Positions 48,046-60,055 of a stretch of DNA of 64,000 nucleotides are shown piece by piece. The translations under genes and the position numbers were made by a program. Source of the DNA: Stegostoma tigrinum (taxonomy: Eukaryota); the NCBI RefSeq assembly GCF_030684315.1, contig NC_081361.1, positions 67,563,553 through 67,627,552 on the forward strand, written 5' to 3'. The notes under the pieces are model-generated. The model was not told where the DNA came from. It saw only the letters and a program-made list of their open reading frames with translations, and searched no databases. Position 1 is the first letter of the stretch; each line of letters begins with the position of its first letter.

Positions 48046-48373
48046 TACCACAGGTATTTCTGCTCTAATGTGTGTTCAGTTACCGTGAATTGAATGTAAC
48101 ATGATTGATGAATCGAGGACGCTGTTTGGATAATGTAAACTTTCAGGTAAAGTGATTTTCTATTGTGATTTCCCTAGAATGTGATTTTCTATGGCGATTT
48201 GCTATAATGCAAAGTCACAAAGAATGCAACTTGTCGTGTACAGGAGAAATACCTCTATATCCATTTTTTCCACAAAGTGCATCCAAGCAGCTTTAGCATG
48301 ACAATAAAAGGAGACTTATCCACCGTTCAGGTTAATCATGGATGATATATTTGTGCTTTAAGTTCCACAACTA

Positions 48374-48700
48374 CATGGTGGCTCAATGCTGCCTTATATG
48401 CCAGTGACCTAGATTTGATTCCAGCCTCGAGAACTGTGGAGTTTGCAGTTCTCTGAGTCTGTGTGCATTTCCTCTGGGTGCTCTGGCTTCCTTCTGCAAT
48501 CCAAAGATGTGCAGGTTAGATGGATTGGTGACACTAAATTGCCCGTAGTGTCCAGAGACATACAAGCTAGGTGGATTAGCTGAAGTGGATTGCAGGGTTA
48601 TAGGGATAGCGTGGGGGTGGATCTGGGTGAGATGCTCCATGGAGAGTTGGTGTGCACTTAATGTCAAATGGCCTGCTTCCACATTGTAGGGATTTTATCA
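48374..48700 (+). mobile_element. HE1-like SINE
   Basis: Diverged copy of the 13971 family. Confidence 0.7.
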
Positions 48701-51341
48701 TATCTTTCCAGGCAACAGTCTGCTATTCCTGCCTTGAAAACATTCAGTGACCCTGCTTCTACCACTGTTCCAAGTCACACAACACCCCTCCACCCCCAAA
48801 ATAACTTCTTATCTCAAACCTAATTTTGAAACAGTACTCCTTAGTTCTGCACTCCCATGCAAGAGGAATCATCCCTGCACTCATCCCTTGTCAAGACCAC
48901 TTAAGATTTTACACGCTTCAGTCAAATCACCTTCTAAACTCTTCTCTTCTAAATGCTTGTAGGAACAAGAACAACCTGTCTATTAGAGAACACACTGATT
49001 TCAGGTATCACTCAAGTCAACTTCCTTCCTCTAGTAAAAAATCCAAAACTGCACACACTATTCAAGATGTGATGTCATCAATGTTCTGTATAACTGTGGT
49101 GTAAATACATTGATGTTCAACTTCTGTCATAATTACGGATTGCATCAAGTTAGCCATCTTGATTATGTGCTGTACCTGGTCACTAACTTGTTGTCACCTG
49201 CATTACAACACCTAAATCCTGCACTACTTAAGAAGTATGCAGTTTTCTACATTTAAATATTACTGATTTTTCATTCTTCCTGACAAAATGAACAGTTGTT
49301 ATTTCTGCACATTGTACAACAACTGCCATATTTTTGCTTTCTCACTCAGACCTATCTGAATCATTCTGGAAATTCCTTATGTCTTCTTATGTATTTTCCT
49401 ATATTTGGTACAATCTGGGAAGTTAGCTGCTCTGCCTTCACTCTTCTCATATTCATCACAGGTGTAAATTGCAAAAAGTTGTAACCCCAACACACACTCC
49501 TGTATGATTCAACTTATCACAACCTGCCAATCAAGGATGTACTGTACATACTCCGTTTTCTGTCACCCAGATAGTCTTCCATCCACACTAATATGTCAAA
49601 CTTCGGTCCAAGTCAGTGAAATACAACGAACAAAACATGCTTTTAAAAGTCTACAGAGTTCCACTGATTTCCCATTGTATTACTGGTGAAAAAGTCAACA
49701 AGATGGAAAATAGTGGAGTTGTGGAGTAACACTCCTACAGAAATTTATTTACATATTATACAGAAACTCATTCTAAGTACAGTAGTGAGAAGCAATAAGA
49801 CAACAGCAGAAACAGAGTATTGGAGAAACAGGAAGAAATATTAGATTGAAAGATGATCTTGGATGTTGAGAGGGATTTGCAGATTTTTTTTAAATTCCAT
49901 TTTTGGGGTCAAAGAAAGATATTCCTGAACAGCAGGAAGTCCAGAACCAAGGATATTGGGTAGGTCATTTATGACTGAAATTAGAAATGGCTTCACCCAG
50001 AGAGTGGTAAACCTGTGGAGTTCTCTCCCACAAAAAGCAGTTGAGACCAAAACATTCAACATTTTCAAGCAAGAGTCAGATGTAGTCCTTAGAATTAAAG
50101 GGTATGAAGAGTAAGCAGGAACAAGTTGCTGAGTTGGATGAAAAAACAGAGTCTTGGAGAAACTCAGCAGGTCTGGCAGCATCTCGAAATGTTAACTCTT
50201 TACACTCCTGTGACCTTTGGCTCGAAACGTGAACTGTTTTTCTCTCCCCAGATGCTGGCAGACTGGCTATCTTCCTCCAGCGCTTACTATGTTGTCTCAA
50301 CGAGTTCAGTGGTCAGCCATTTTCATATTGAGTGACGCAACGGGATCCGTGGGCCGAATGGACTAGTCTTCCTAATTTCTATCCATTATAAAATGTCGAG
50401 TTCACAAATATGTCATAGATATCAGGTGCTTAACATCCAATCCATGAGAAATCAAAGGTTAGTGAAACAGAAATATAAGCACAAATGAAAATGATGCCGG
50501 TATCCAGTCTGTAGCAATGCATGCCTCCGCTCACAATTCTCATTCAGGGGCCAGAACAATTTTCAAGCGCCGAACTGGCATGACCAAAGGGAAGGAGTCT
50601 GAGAACTACTGACTACCAAGTTTTAAAAATCTCGTACAAAAAAAATGTTATCCCCGGAAAGCAAAGTACTTGAAATACCCAAGTCAGGTGGCATCTGTGC
50701 AGACAGAAAAATTAACAAACATCAGGTCGTGGCCTTTCATTAGCAAGATGCATTGTTAGAATGGAGCAAAACTTTTGATAAGGTCAGTGGCTTCTCGATA
50801 ATAAGTTGTGAGAAAGCATCGGCCATTGACTGGTGCAAAACGTGAGCAGAAAATACCTCCTGATGCCTCAAGACACCGTGCAGCTCACGTCCACTCAACC
50901 CGCACCACATTGTCCCTTGCTTAAATACAAACAAAAACTGCTCAACAGGTCAGGAAGCATCAGAGAGAATAGGAACGGCATTTCTGATGAAGGGTCTCGG
51001 CCTGAAATGTCAGCTTTCCTGCTCCTGAGATGCTGCTTGGCATTCTGTGTTCATCCAGCTCCACACTTCGTTATCTGAGATCAGGAAGCATGGTGTGGGC
51101 AGGAGCGCGAATTAGCGTTTCCGTTTGATCACCCCCTCAACAGAACTGCAGTCAGCCTCTTCCTAACAACAATCTGGGGATAGAGCGGTCGGTTAGGGGT
51201 AAGTGGGTAAACCGTTCAGTACAAAGTACTGGGATTTGGCTGTCCCTGAGTGCATCGCTCAGTGTTCTCCTTCCGTGTTTGGTGTTATTTCCAAGCTGCT
51301 GCAGCAGCGAAACTGAGAGAGTGGGAAAACAAACACACCTC

Positions 51342-52439
51342 GATAATGAAATGAGGCTGGATGAACACAGCAGGCCAAGCAGCATCTCAGGAGCACAAAA
51401 GCTGACGTTTCGGGCCTAGACCCTTCATCAGAGAGGGGGATGGGGTGAGGGCTCTGGAATAAATAGGGAGAGAGGGGGAGGCGGACCGAAGATGGAGAGA
51501 AAAGATAGGTGGAGAGAGTATAGGTGGGGAGGTAGGGAGGGGATAGGTCAGTCCAGGGAAGACAGACAGGTCAAGGAGGTGGGATGAGGTTAGTAGGTAG
51601 ATGGGGGTGCGGCTTGGGGTGGGAGAAAGGGATGGGTGAGAGGAAGAACAGGTTAGGGAGGCAGAGACAGGTTGGACTGGTTTTGGGATGCAGTGGGTGG
51701 AGGGGAAGAGCTGGGCTGGTTGTGTGGTGCAGTGGGGGGAGGGGACGAACTGGGCTGGTTTAGGGATGCGGTTGGGGAAGGGGAGATTTTGAAGCTGGTG
51801 AAGTCCACATTGATACCATTGGGCTGCAGGGTTCCCAAGCGGAATATGAGTTGCTGTTCCTGCAACCTTCGGGTGGCATCTAGCAACTCATATTCCGCTT
51901 GGGAACCCTGCAGCCCAATGGTATCAATGTAGACTTCCCCAGCTTCAAAATCTCCCCTTCCCCCACCGCATCCCAAAACCAGCCCAGTTCGTCCCCTCTC
52001 CCCACTGCACCACACAACCAGCCCAGCTCTTCCCCTCCACCCACTGCATCCCAAAACCAGTCCAACCTGTCTCTGCCTCCCTAACCTGTTCTTCCTCTCA
52101 CCCATCCCTTCCTCCCATCCCAAGCCGCACCCCCATCTACCTACTAACCTCATCCCACCTCCTTGACCTGTCCGTCTTCCCTGGACTGACCTATCCCCTC
52201 CCTACCTCCCCACCTATACTCTCCTCTCCACCTATCTTCTCCTCTATCCATCTTTGGTCCGCCTCCCCCTCTCCCTATTTATTCCAGTTCCCTCTCCCCA
52301 TCCCTCTCTCTGATGAAGGATCTAGGCCCGAAACGTCAGCTTTTGTGCTCCTGAGATGCTGCTTGGCCTGCTGTGTTCATCCAGCTTCACACTTTATTAT
52401 CTTGGAATTCTCCAGCATCTGCAGTTCCTATTATCACTG
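51342..52439. mobile_element. Young inverted PLE dimer with 15-bp target-site duplication
   Basis: Arms of about 540 bp meet near 51880; hammerhead motifs at 51404-51431 (-) and 52310-52337 (+); aaacaaacacacctc at 51327-51341 and 52440-52454. Confidence 0.9.
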
Positions 52440-52479
52440 AAACAAACACACCTCCCCGGGATTCGGATGATTGGCACCC

Positions 52480-52824
52480 AGCGAAACACAACAATGGGCC
52501 CCTGACTGTGACGTAGACGTCGAAGCAGCACGTGACGCGCGTTCGCGGTCGCCTCCTTCCGTGTTTTGGTGGAATCCCCGCGCGCATGAGCGCGAGCGAG
52601 TGGCAGGAGTGTCGAGCGCGAGCATCCAGAGAGGGAAAAAAAAAAGCTGCGGTGCAGCAGCATTGGACTGGCTCATGAGAGAAGTATATTTTTTAAAAAA
52701 AATAAACACTGATCCCTCGGAAATACATTGGGTTGATACGCAGGCCTGGAGAGAGAGAGAGAAGACGAAGAAAGCATTCGAATCAGAGGAGACTGACGCT
52801 GAGTATTTCTCACTGTGGAGGTGG
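52480..52824 (+). promoter_or_regulatory. CpG-rich promoter and probable non-coding first exon of the next gene (GPBP1L1 expected from synteny)
   Basis: CpG cluster with CRE-like tgacgta (52509), E-box cacgtgac (52529) and NRF1-like gcgcgcatg (about 52580); candidate donors GAG|gtgggt (52821) or gtaggc (52825). Gene identity is inferred only from the recalled mammalian order IPP-TMEM69-GPBP1L1. Confidence 0.55.
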
Positions 52825-54535
52825 GTAGGCAGCCAATGTTATTGCCCTGCAGCCTGCTTTGTCGCCATCTTGGTCCCAGTGTTTGTTGTTATTATCATTA
52901 TCGTGGTTTTAGCAGCCTCTTTGCATCCCCCTTTCATCACTTATTATTGTTGGTGTTTACGGACCAAAAGGAAAATATTCACCGCGTATTTTTGTTCTCT
53001 AACTTCTTTCTCAAATGGGAAAGGTTTAGAATGTTTGGTCAAGTTTTTTTTGTCTGTCGTGACATTAGTCTCTGGCCTTATCTTGCGTTTTGCATTTGTT
53101 AATCCACTGCGTATGTACTTATGCACCACACCGTGCACTGTTTTTATGATTTTGATTGAAGCAATACGAAAAGTTTCAACTCTGCGTGGCAGACGTGGAC
53201 TTATGAAGTTTTCTTTTGACGTTGGATGTGCTCACGGCTTGTTTGTTAGGTGTGTATTGTTAATGTGTCGTTTTTGGAAAGTCAGGAAACTCCCCTTCGC
53301 CTTCCTTTTTTATTCCCCACAACAGTGTGAAATAAGATGAATAACACGCTTGACACGAGGCTGTCGCTTCTCGTTTGTTTGTATGGCCACCCATAGCTGC
53401 CATTTCTGGTTCTGTACAATATTACTTCGCACCAAAACTACACTTCCCTCATGTGCAAAGATTTCTGAAGCGTTTCAACTGTAATGCTTTAGAGTTGTCA
53501 TAATTCACTGGCAACACAGTAGTGCTGTTTTGTATTTTCTTGGATTGAGTTTTTTTAAAAATAATTCAATCAAGTTGAATTTTTAATGTAGCTCTTGATT
53601 TTTAGCAACAGTTTATATGGGAGCTGGCAGAAGAGTTGTTTCTGTGTCAAAACACTTTCAGTTTGATTGTCGGAATGTTATATCTTCCCCATGCCAGTGG
53701 ATGTTTTTAAACTTGTTGATTCAAATGATGTGGGTTTTTTATTTCATTCTAGGAGGAATAATTTTTTATTTCCCTTTTTTGGCTGAGGAGAGTGCAAGCA
53801 CCTCATTCATTTATAGATAATAAAGTATACTTCCAACACATCTGTTAATTTTCAGACCAATTTAGATGCATTGTAACCTGTTCTGTAGGCTTAAAGAGCA
53901 GTCGTTCTTCTAATTGATTGTTAACGATATCATCTCTACACTAAATTTGCCTTGATTTTCTTTGCCTTCGAAGTTACTTGCACAAGTCTGAAAAGGTTTG
54001 CTTCACATTGGGGTATGCAGAAATACATTTCCGTGTCACAACTGCTCTTTTTATTTGCCCGACCTGATATTGCCCAGGTGTGGAAGCAAACGCTGCTGTT
54101 GGCATTTTTGCAGAAACAGCAGCATCTTTGAACTGCAACTGGGATGTAATGAAATTATGAGGAAGCTAACAGCCTTTTGAATTTTCTCATAAATGCTTTT
54201 AGAATGTGAATAATATTTGCATATAATGCATACACCTGGCAGAACTCCTGTTATATAATCTACATTTAACGTAGAAGTGCCACAAAGCAGAGGATTTGAG
54301 GTTACGCTTGCTGGGTATAGTGTGCTGGAATCTGTGTTTTGGTGAACCTTTGATACAGCATGTGCAATGGTTGTCTGAATAGATGTGTACTATCCTGTTG
54401 GATGCTCTGACTGCTGTTTCAAAGCTTGTATTTTTTGACTCAAACCCTATCTGAAAGAAAGATTGAAAGTAGCTGAAACCAGATCAAAGACATGATCATC
54501 TGAACTCAGATCATCCAACCAACCTGAAGAAAGTT

Positions 54536-54633
54536 CTCTCTGATGAAGGGCCTAGGCCCGAAACGTCAGCTTTTGTGCTCCTGAGATGCTGCTGGGCCTG
54601 CTGTGTTCATCCAGCCTCACATTTTATTATCTA
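54536..54633 (+). mobile_element. Minimal PLE-end insertion beginning at the hammerhead (54540-54567), with 11-bp target-site duplication
   Basis: tgaagaaagtt at 54525-54535 and 54634-54644; CTGATGAagggcctaggcccGAAAcgtc is intact. Confidence 0.82.
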
Positions 54634-55499
54634 TGAAGAAAGTTAAGACTGGATTGAGGACCTGGCACTAGACAGATGAAAGTTTGTTGCAGATGTTTCT
54701 GTCACTTAAAAGATCAATCTTCTCTACTCATTCTGAATGATATTGACACTGCAGTCTCAGCGAACTCAGACATGCAGAGTGCAGGATTACCACTTAAGTT
54801 TCAAATGAAGATAATACTGATAGATCCACACTATTGTCCACATTGTTATGAACAAACTATTGTGTGGTTCTGGAAGAGTACATCATTTTGTTGAAAGTAA
54901 CTTCGTTGGGTAAATTGGGGATCTGCTGTTCAATGAAAATAGGTGATAAAATCTTTGAAAAATTTCTACCAGAAGATTATCAGAGCACTGATGGATTTTG
55001 TGGCTGACATTAGTACCATGTATGCAGCACAGTTTGTTTGTACATCCTTAATATTAATCTCTATGTTAAAGTTTTGCAGTCTGTACTTTCCAAAGGGTTG
55101 CATAAAACAGTGTGACCCTTCAGTTTGCAAACGTCTGGTGTGTGCTAATGATTTGGCAATTAGATAATATTTGCTGGATAATCTTGAGTGCAAGGGATTA
55201 AGTAGAATTTAAACAATTTATGGTGGTCAAATCAGGCTCAGTGTGGCCCCTCTGTATGTATACGAAAGTGTGTAAATTAATAAAGAAGTCCTGTTCTTTG
55301 CAGACGCTAAGTACATGTACACACACTGCTCCTGTTTCAGCTTGGTAAAATAGGTGACAGGTATTTGTTGGTTCACTTCTTGTCATTTATTTATGGATTA
55401 GCATCAATCTGGCTATACCTTCCAAACGCAGCCTGACAGTTAACTGTCACTGAGCATTAATGGGTACATACTCTGGCAAACCAGCCTTCCGTCCATTGA

Positions 55500-55713
55500 G
55501 AGATAACAAGGTGCAGATTTGGATGAACACAGCAGGCCAAGCAGCAGCATAGGAGCAGAAAAGCTGACGTTTCGGGCCAAGACCCTCCTTCAGAAAGGGC
55601 CGAGGCCTGAAATGTCAGCTTTCCTGCTCCTATGATGTTGCTTGGCCTGCTGCATTCATCCAACTCTACACCTGTTATCTCAGATTCTCCAGCATCTGCA
55701 GTTTCTACTATCT
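55500..55713. mobile_element. Older inverted PLE-end dimer with 14-bp target-site duplication
   Basis: cttcc(g/a)tccattga at 55486-55499 and 55714-55727. Confidence 0.78.
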
Positions 55714-55789
55714 CTTCCATCCATTGACTCCATTTATATTTCTTGCTGCCTCAGGAAAGCAACCAAAATAATCCAAGATCTCTGTCAAG

Positions 55790-56680
55790 TAGGCAAACAG
55801 GAGGCTGGAAGAACACAGCAAGCCAGGCAGCATCTGGAGGAAAGGGAAAAGTCAACATTTTGGGTAATACCCTTCTTCAGGACTAGATGTGGGGGTAGGG
55901 GGAGCTGCAGATAGAGGTGGCAAAATGGTGGTCATGGGTGGACACAGGTAGTAGGTACAACCTAATTGGTTGCTGGGGAGGATGAATCTGGTTGTTAGCT
56001 GGAAGGGAGGGTTGGCAGGTGAAATGGAAGGGAGGAGGCAGGGCTGGAAAGGGAGTTGGGTGATTGGTGGGAAAGATATTTGAAGTTAGCAAACTGTGTT
56101 AAGTCCTTGGAGTTTTGGGTGCCCTGGAGGAAAATAGGGTGTTGTTCCTCAAATTTGCAATCTGATCCACTGTGGCACTGGAAGAGACTGAAGATGGATA
56201 TGTTGAGGGGGAGTGTGGGGTTGGGAGGAGTTGGAGTTGAAATGGGCAGTGACCGGGAGGTTAGGCTGGCCGTGGTGGAGCAGGTGAAGATGCTCAGCGA
56301 AACAGTCATCTAGCCTGTGTTTGGTCTCACCGATTGTAGAGCAGACCACAACGGGAGCACCAGATGCTGGTAGACTAAGTTGGAGGAGATACAGGTGAAA
56401 CTCTGTCTCACCTGCAAGGACTGTTTGGGGCCCTGGGCTGCGGTGAGGGAGTTGGTATGTGGGTAGGTATGTGTTGCCTCTTTTACAGTTACGGGGAAGG
56501 TACCAGGGTCGTTGGAGTGGTTGGGGGGTGGGGGTGGTGCGGGAGGAAGTGTGGCGTGAGCTCAAGAGTGGTGAAGGGAAGGGTCCCTGTGGAAGGCAGA
56601 GAGGTGAGTGGAGTGGAGGATATTCTGGGTGATGGGGTCTAATTGAAGTTGGTGGAAGTGTTTTGAAGATGATATATTTG
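55790..56680 (-). mobile_element. Old PLE fragment (GIY-YIG)
   Basis: Minus-strand IGETKHRLDDCFAEHL..LPVTAHFNS and FEEQHPIFLQG. Confidence 0.75.
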
Positions 56681-57997
56681 ATAGTCTTTGTTGGATTCTA
56701 GTATCATCAGTTTTTGTTATCTCTAACCAAAGATCTCTCCCACCTGTTTATACTCTACTCTCTCCCACCTTCTTCCATTGGGCAGAAGATAGAAAAGTTT
56801 GAATACACATATGAACAGATTTAAGAACAGCTTCTTCCTCACTGTCCGACTTTTGAATGGATCTCTCAAATGATAATTCTGATCTCGCTTTTCCCCATGC
56901 CCTCGCCTTTGCCCGCCCTCGCTTTTCTCTCTTCTGTAACACTGTAGTCTGCATTCTCTTCCGCTACCTTGTACCTTGTTGCACTTTGTGTGGTATGATC
57001 TGCCTGTATAGCATGCAAGTGAACACTTATCACTATCATGGTATATATGACAACAGTAAATGAAATAAAATTCAGTCATATTTGGACTCATCATGTAACA
57101 AGAAGCTCTTAATAGAAGTCAGACAGTATGGTGTTGGCATTGGTGTTTGTCTTGCTCATGTTGTTCAAGGATTAACTTTCTCATCCTTAACTTTGACATC
57201 AGACAAGCATGGATGTCATGAAATTAAAGGCAGTGTCAGAAAATTAGTGAAAAAAGCTAAAAGTGCTAGCAGCTCAAGCACCATTGATGGAGAGAGAGAT
57301 TGAGTTAATGTTTTAGCTCAATGACCTTCCACCAGTTCTGTCCTGAAATGTTAACGTCTGCTTCTCTTTCTGCCTGATCCACTGAGTGCCAATGTTTTCT
57401 GTTTTTACTTCAAATTCTCAGTATCTACGTGGTTAGCTGCTTTTTTGTATGACAGAATTGAAATGAGTGGATTGCCAGCCCACGGTTGTACACTGGCGCA
57501 ATCTCATGGATAATATACATGAAGAATAGATTGTGGTCCAGAGCAAAATATTGATATGGTATGAGGTAGTGATTGAGGATAGCTGGAAGCAAAAGTCATT
57601 GTTGGTGTTGTACTGCATTGGGTAGGTTGGAGTGGAACCAAGTAAGGTGTTGGTGCTGTAGTTTAAAACCACACATCTGAAAGAGCTGATGGACATTGAT
57701 CTACTTGAGTCAAAACCAAATCTTAACTTCAGCTGTAGGGATCTATAGGGCCTGCGTCGACCCGTGTGGTAGAGACCGCACAGTCTGGCCCAACTAGATG
57801 AGGCTCTTGTATTGAACAGGACGTGGCTTATTCCATCGTTGGCCTTTTACAGATTACATTGTTTATTGTAACAATGATCCAGAGACCTAGAGGAAGACCT
57901 GGGTGTGTTTTTTTTTAAACTACTTCAAGGTGCTAAGCTGCTCTGTCCACAACTGCATAAGATCCTGTCAGGAGGTGGAACCAATACCACTCCTCAG

Positions 57998-58336
57998 TCA
58001 TAGAATCGCTACAGTGTGGAAGCAGGCCATCCATCCCATAAAGTCCACGGTGACCGTTTGAAGAGCACCCCACCTGCTATCCCTTAACTGTGCATTCCCC
58101 ATGGCTAACCCACCGAGCTTGCACATTGCTGACACAACAGCCAACTAAGCTTGGACAATCTTCCGAACCTGCACATCTTCGGACTGTGGGAGGAAACCAG
58201 AGCACCTGGAGGAAACCCACGCAGTATTGGGGAGAAAATGCAAACTCCACATGGACAGTCACCCAAGGCTGGAATCAAGCCTGAGTCCCAGGCACTGTCA
58301 AGCAGCACTGCTAACCACTGAGCCACCATGCTGCCC
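57998..58336 (-). mobile_element. HE1-like SINE
   Basis: The reverse complement begins ggcagcatggtggctcagtggttagcagtgctgc; same family as the other copies. Confidence 0.75.
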
Positions 58337-59063
58337 AGTCATAACTGTTTTCGACCTGTGTACAACAAAAGATGTTTGTATCTATCCTGTTGAAGGGAGA
58401 AATAATGTACTTCAGTTGTAATCAAGAAAAGCTGAGATCAAGGTTTTAATGTTTAAGCCAGGGATGATGATAGGGACAAAACAGTATTCAAGGAAACTGA
58501 TCAGCTGATTGTCTCAGCAGTAATGAGTTGAGCAAATGTGATTGTCTCTTTGGAATGGGGTTGATGGTGCAGATATAGTCTTCTAGAATTGAGCCTTGAC
58601 AACATGATAACATTTGATTGAGTGTGATATTAGGGACCCGAGAGAACTTAATTCAGCAGGAAAACTTTCCACTAGTTGGAAATCTACCTCGCATTAAGTA
58701 AAATGTCCTGCAATAACCGCACTCAATCGCTACTCAGGTAGTGTCTGTGACGCAGTCATATTCAACTACTTGTCAGTGTGCTTTCTTGCATCATGGATTC
58801 GTAAGGTAGAATATAGTGCTTTTGATTGCATAGTGTCTGGTACTATTTGTATTTCTTCAGATAGAGTATTTCACTATGCATATATGGGGCATCATCTCGA
58901 CAATATTCAGACATAGGCTAATGTAACAGGCAAGGTTCGCTCAAATTGTTTCCATCCTTCAGTCGAATTACATTTAAAATGTGCACCAAGTTCAAGGAAC
59001 AAGAATGGGGGTGAGGAAATAAAACAGCTCAGGTTCCAAACATATCCTTTTGCAGGGAGAAAC

Positions 59064-59569
59064 ACAAAAAGGTTCTTAAATAAGAAATGACAAGTAATGT
59101 GATCACACAGCTCATAATTTAAAATAGTCTACCTCTTTCCACCTTCCCGTCTCTCAAACTCAGTGGGCCAGCTTTAGGAACTGGCTGAACCTACCTGTGT
59201 CTTCCTTCACTGAATAACATTGTGATATGGTGTAAGAATTTAAATTCACGCCACTTCTCTGGTTGCACTACATCCTTCCACCTCTGTGTCTGGCTTGAGT
59301 GTAACAGACTAGTGAGCAGCAGCTTCTCAGACATGCGCAGTCTGTGCAGGCAGGCATACTGTTTGCAAAGAGGGAATGTGCTCAAAACCATCAGGACGCA
59401 GTATCCCTCTGGGCAGTGCTGCTTTAAGGGGAAAGTCGGTAGGCTCAGCCAGTTGCTAACGTTGGCCCATGACTTTGGGAGAGAAGGGAAGGTGGAAAGA
59501 GGCAGACCATTTCACTTAAGAGCAATGTTATCACATTACTTGTCATTTCTTATTTAGGAACCTTGTTGT
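59064..59569. repeat. Foldback / MITE-like element with about 130-bp imperfect terminal inverted repeats
   Basis: aaggttcttaaataagaaatgacaagtaatgtgat...ctctttccaccttccc...aactggctgaacctacc (59069-59196) is mirrored by ggtaggctcagccagtt...gggaaggtggaaagag...atcacattacttgtcatttcttatttaggaacctt (59438-59564). Confidence 0.8.
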
Positions 59570-59853
59570 ATTTCTTCCTGCAAAAGGATATATGGCAGAA
59601 GTTCAGGGCAATACTTCTTGGAATATTGTGTGCCAATTTGGGCAGCAGCATCGAGGGGAAAGTAAATGACCGGCAATGACCAAGGACAGTGAGTTGAACC
59701 ATTAGCTCCTTGATGTTTAACACAGGGATGTGATGGGCTAAATGCCTGCTTCCACACGATAGGGATTCTGTGATGACTATTGCTGAAATCCTCACCAGCA
59801 CATACTTGGTGTTACTGTTCAGCGAAAATGGTGTTGAGCTACCTGGTATAAAT

Positions 59854-60055
59854 TGTTTGAGATAGTTGGAACTGCAGATGCTGGAGAATCTGAGATAACA
59901 AGGTGTAGAGCTGGATGAACGTAGCAGGCTGAGCAGGAAAGGTGACATTTCGGGCCTGGACCCTCCTTCAGAAAAATGGCCTTGGCCCAAAATGTCAGCT
60001 TTCCTGCTCCTCTGATGCTGCTTGGCCTGCTGCATTCATCCAGCTCTACACCTTT
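59854..60055. mobile_element. Older inverted PLE-end dimer with 16-bp target-site duplication
   Basis: gctacctggtataaat at 59838-59853 and 60056-60071. Confidence 0.8.

Noticed and set aside
43281-52439. Recurring near-identical sequences as a CRISPR-like array
   Set aside because: Eukaryotic context, irregular spacing and both orientations; these are retroelement ends.
52471-53340. 289-aa ORF on the + strand
   Set aside because: It starts at TTG and runs through promoter motifs, A-runs and T-rich intron-like sequence. It has no recognisable domain, and its hydrophobicity is explained by T-richness.
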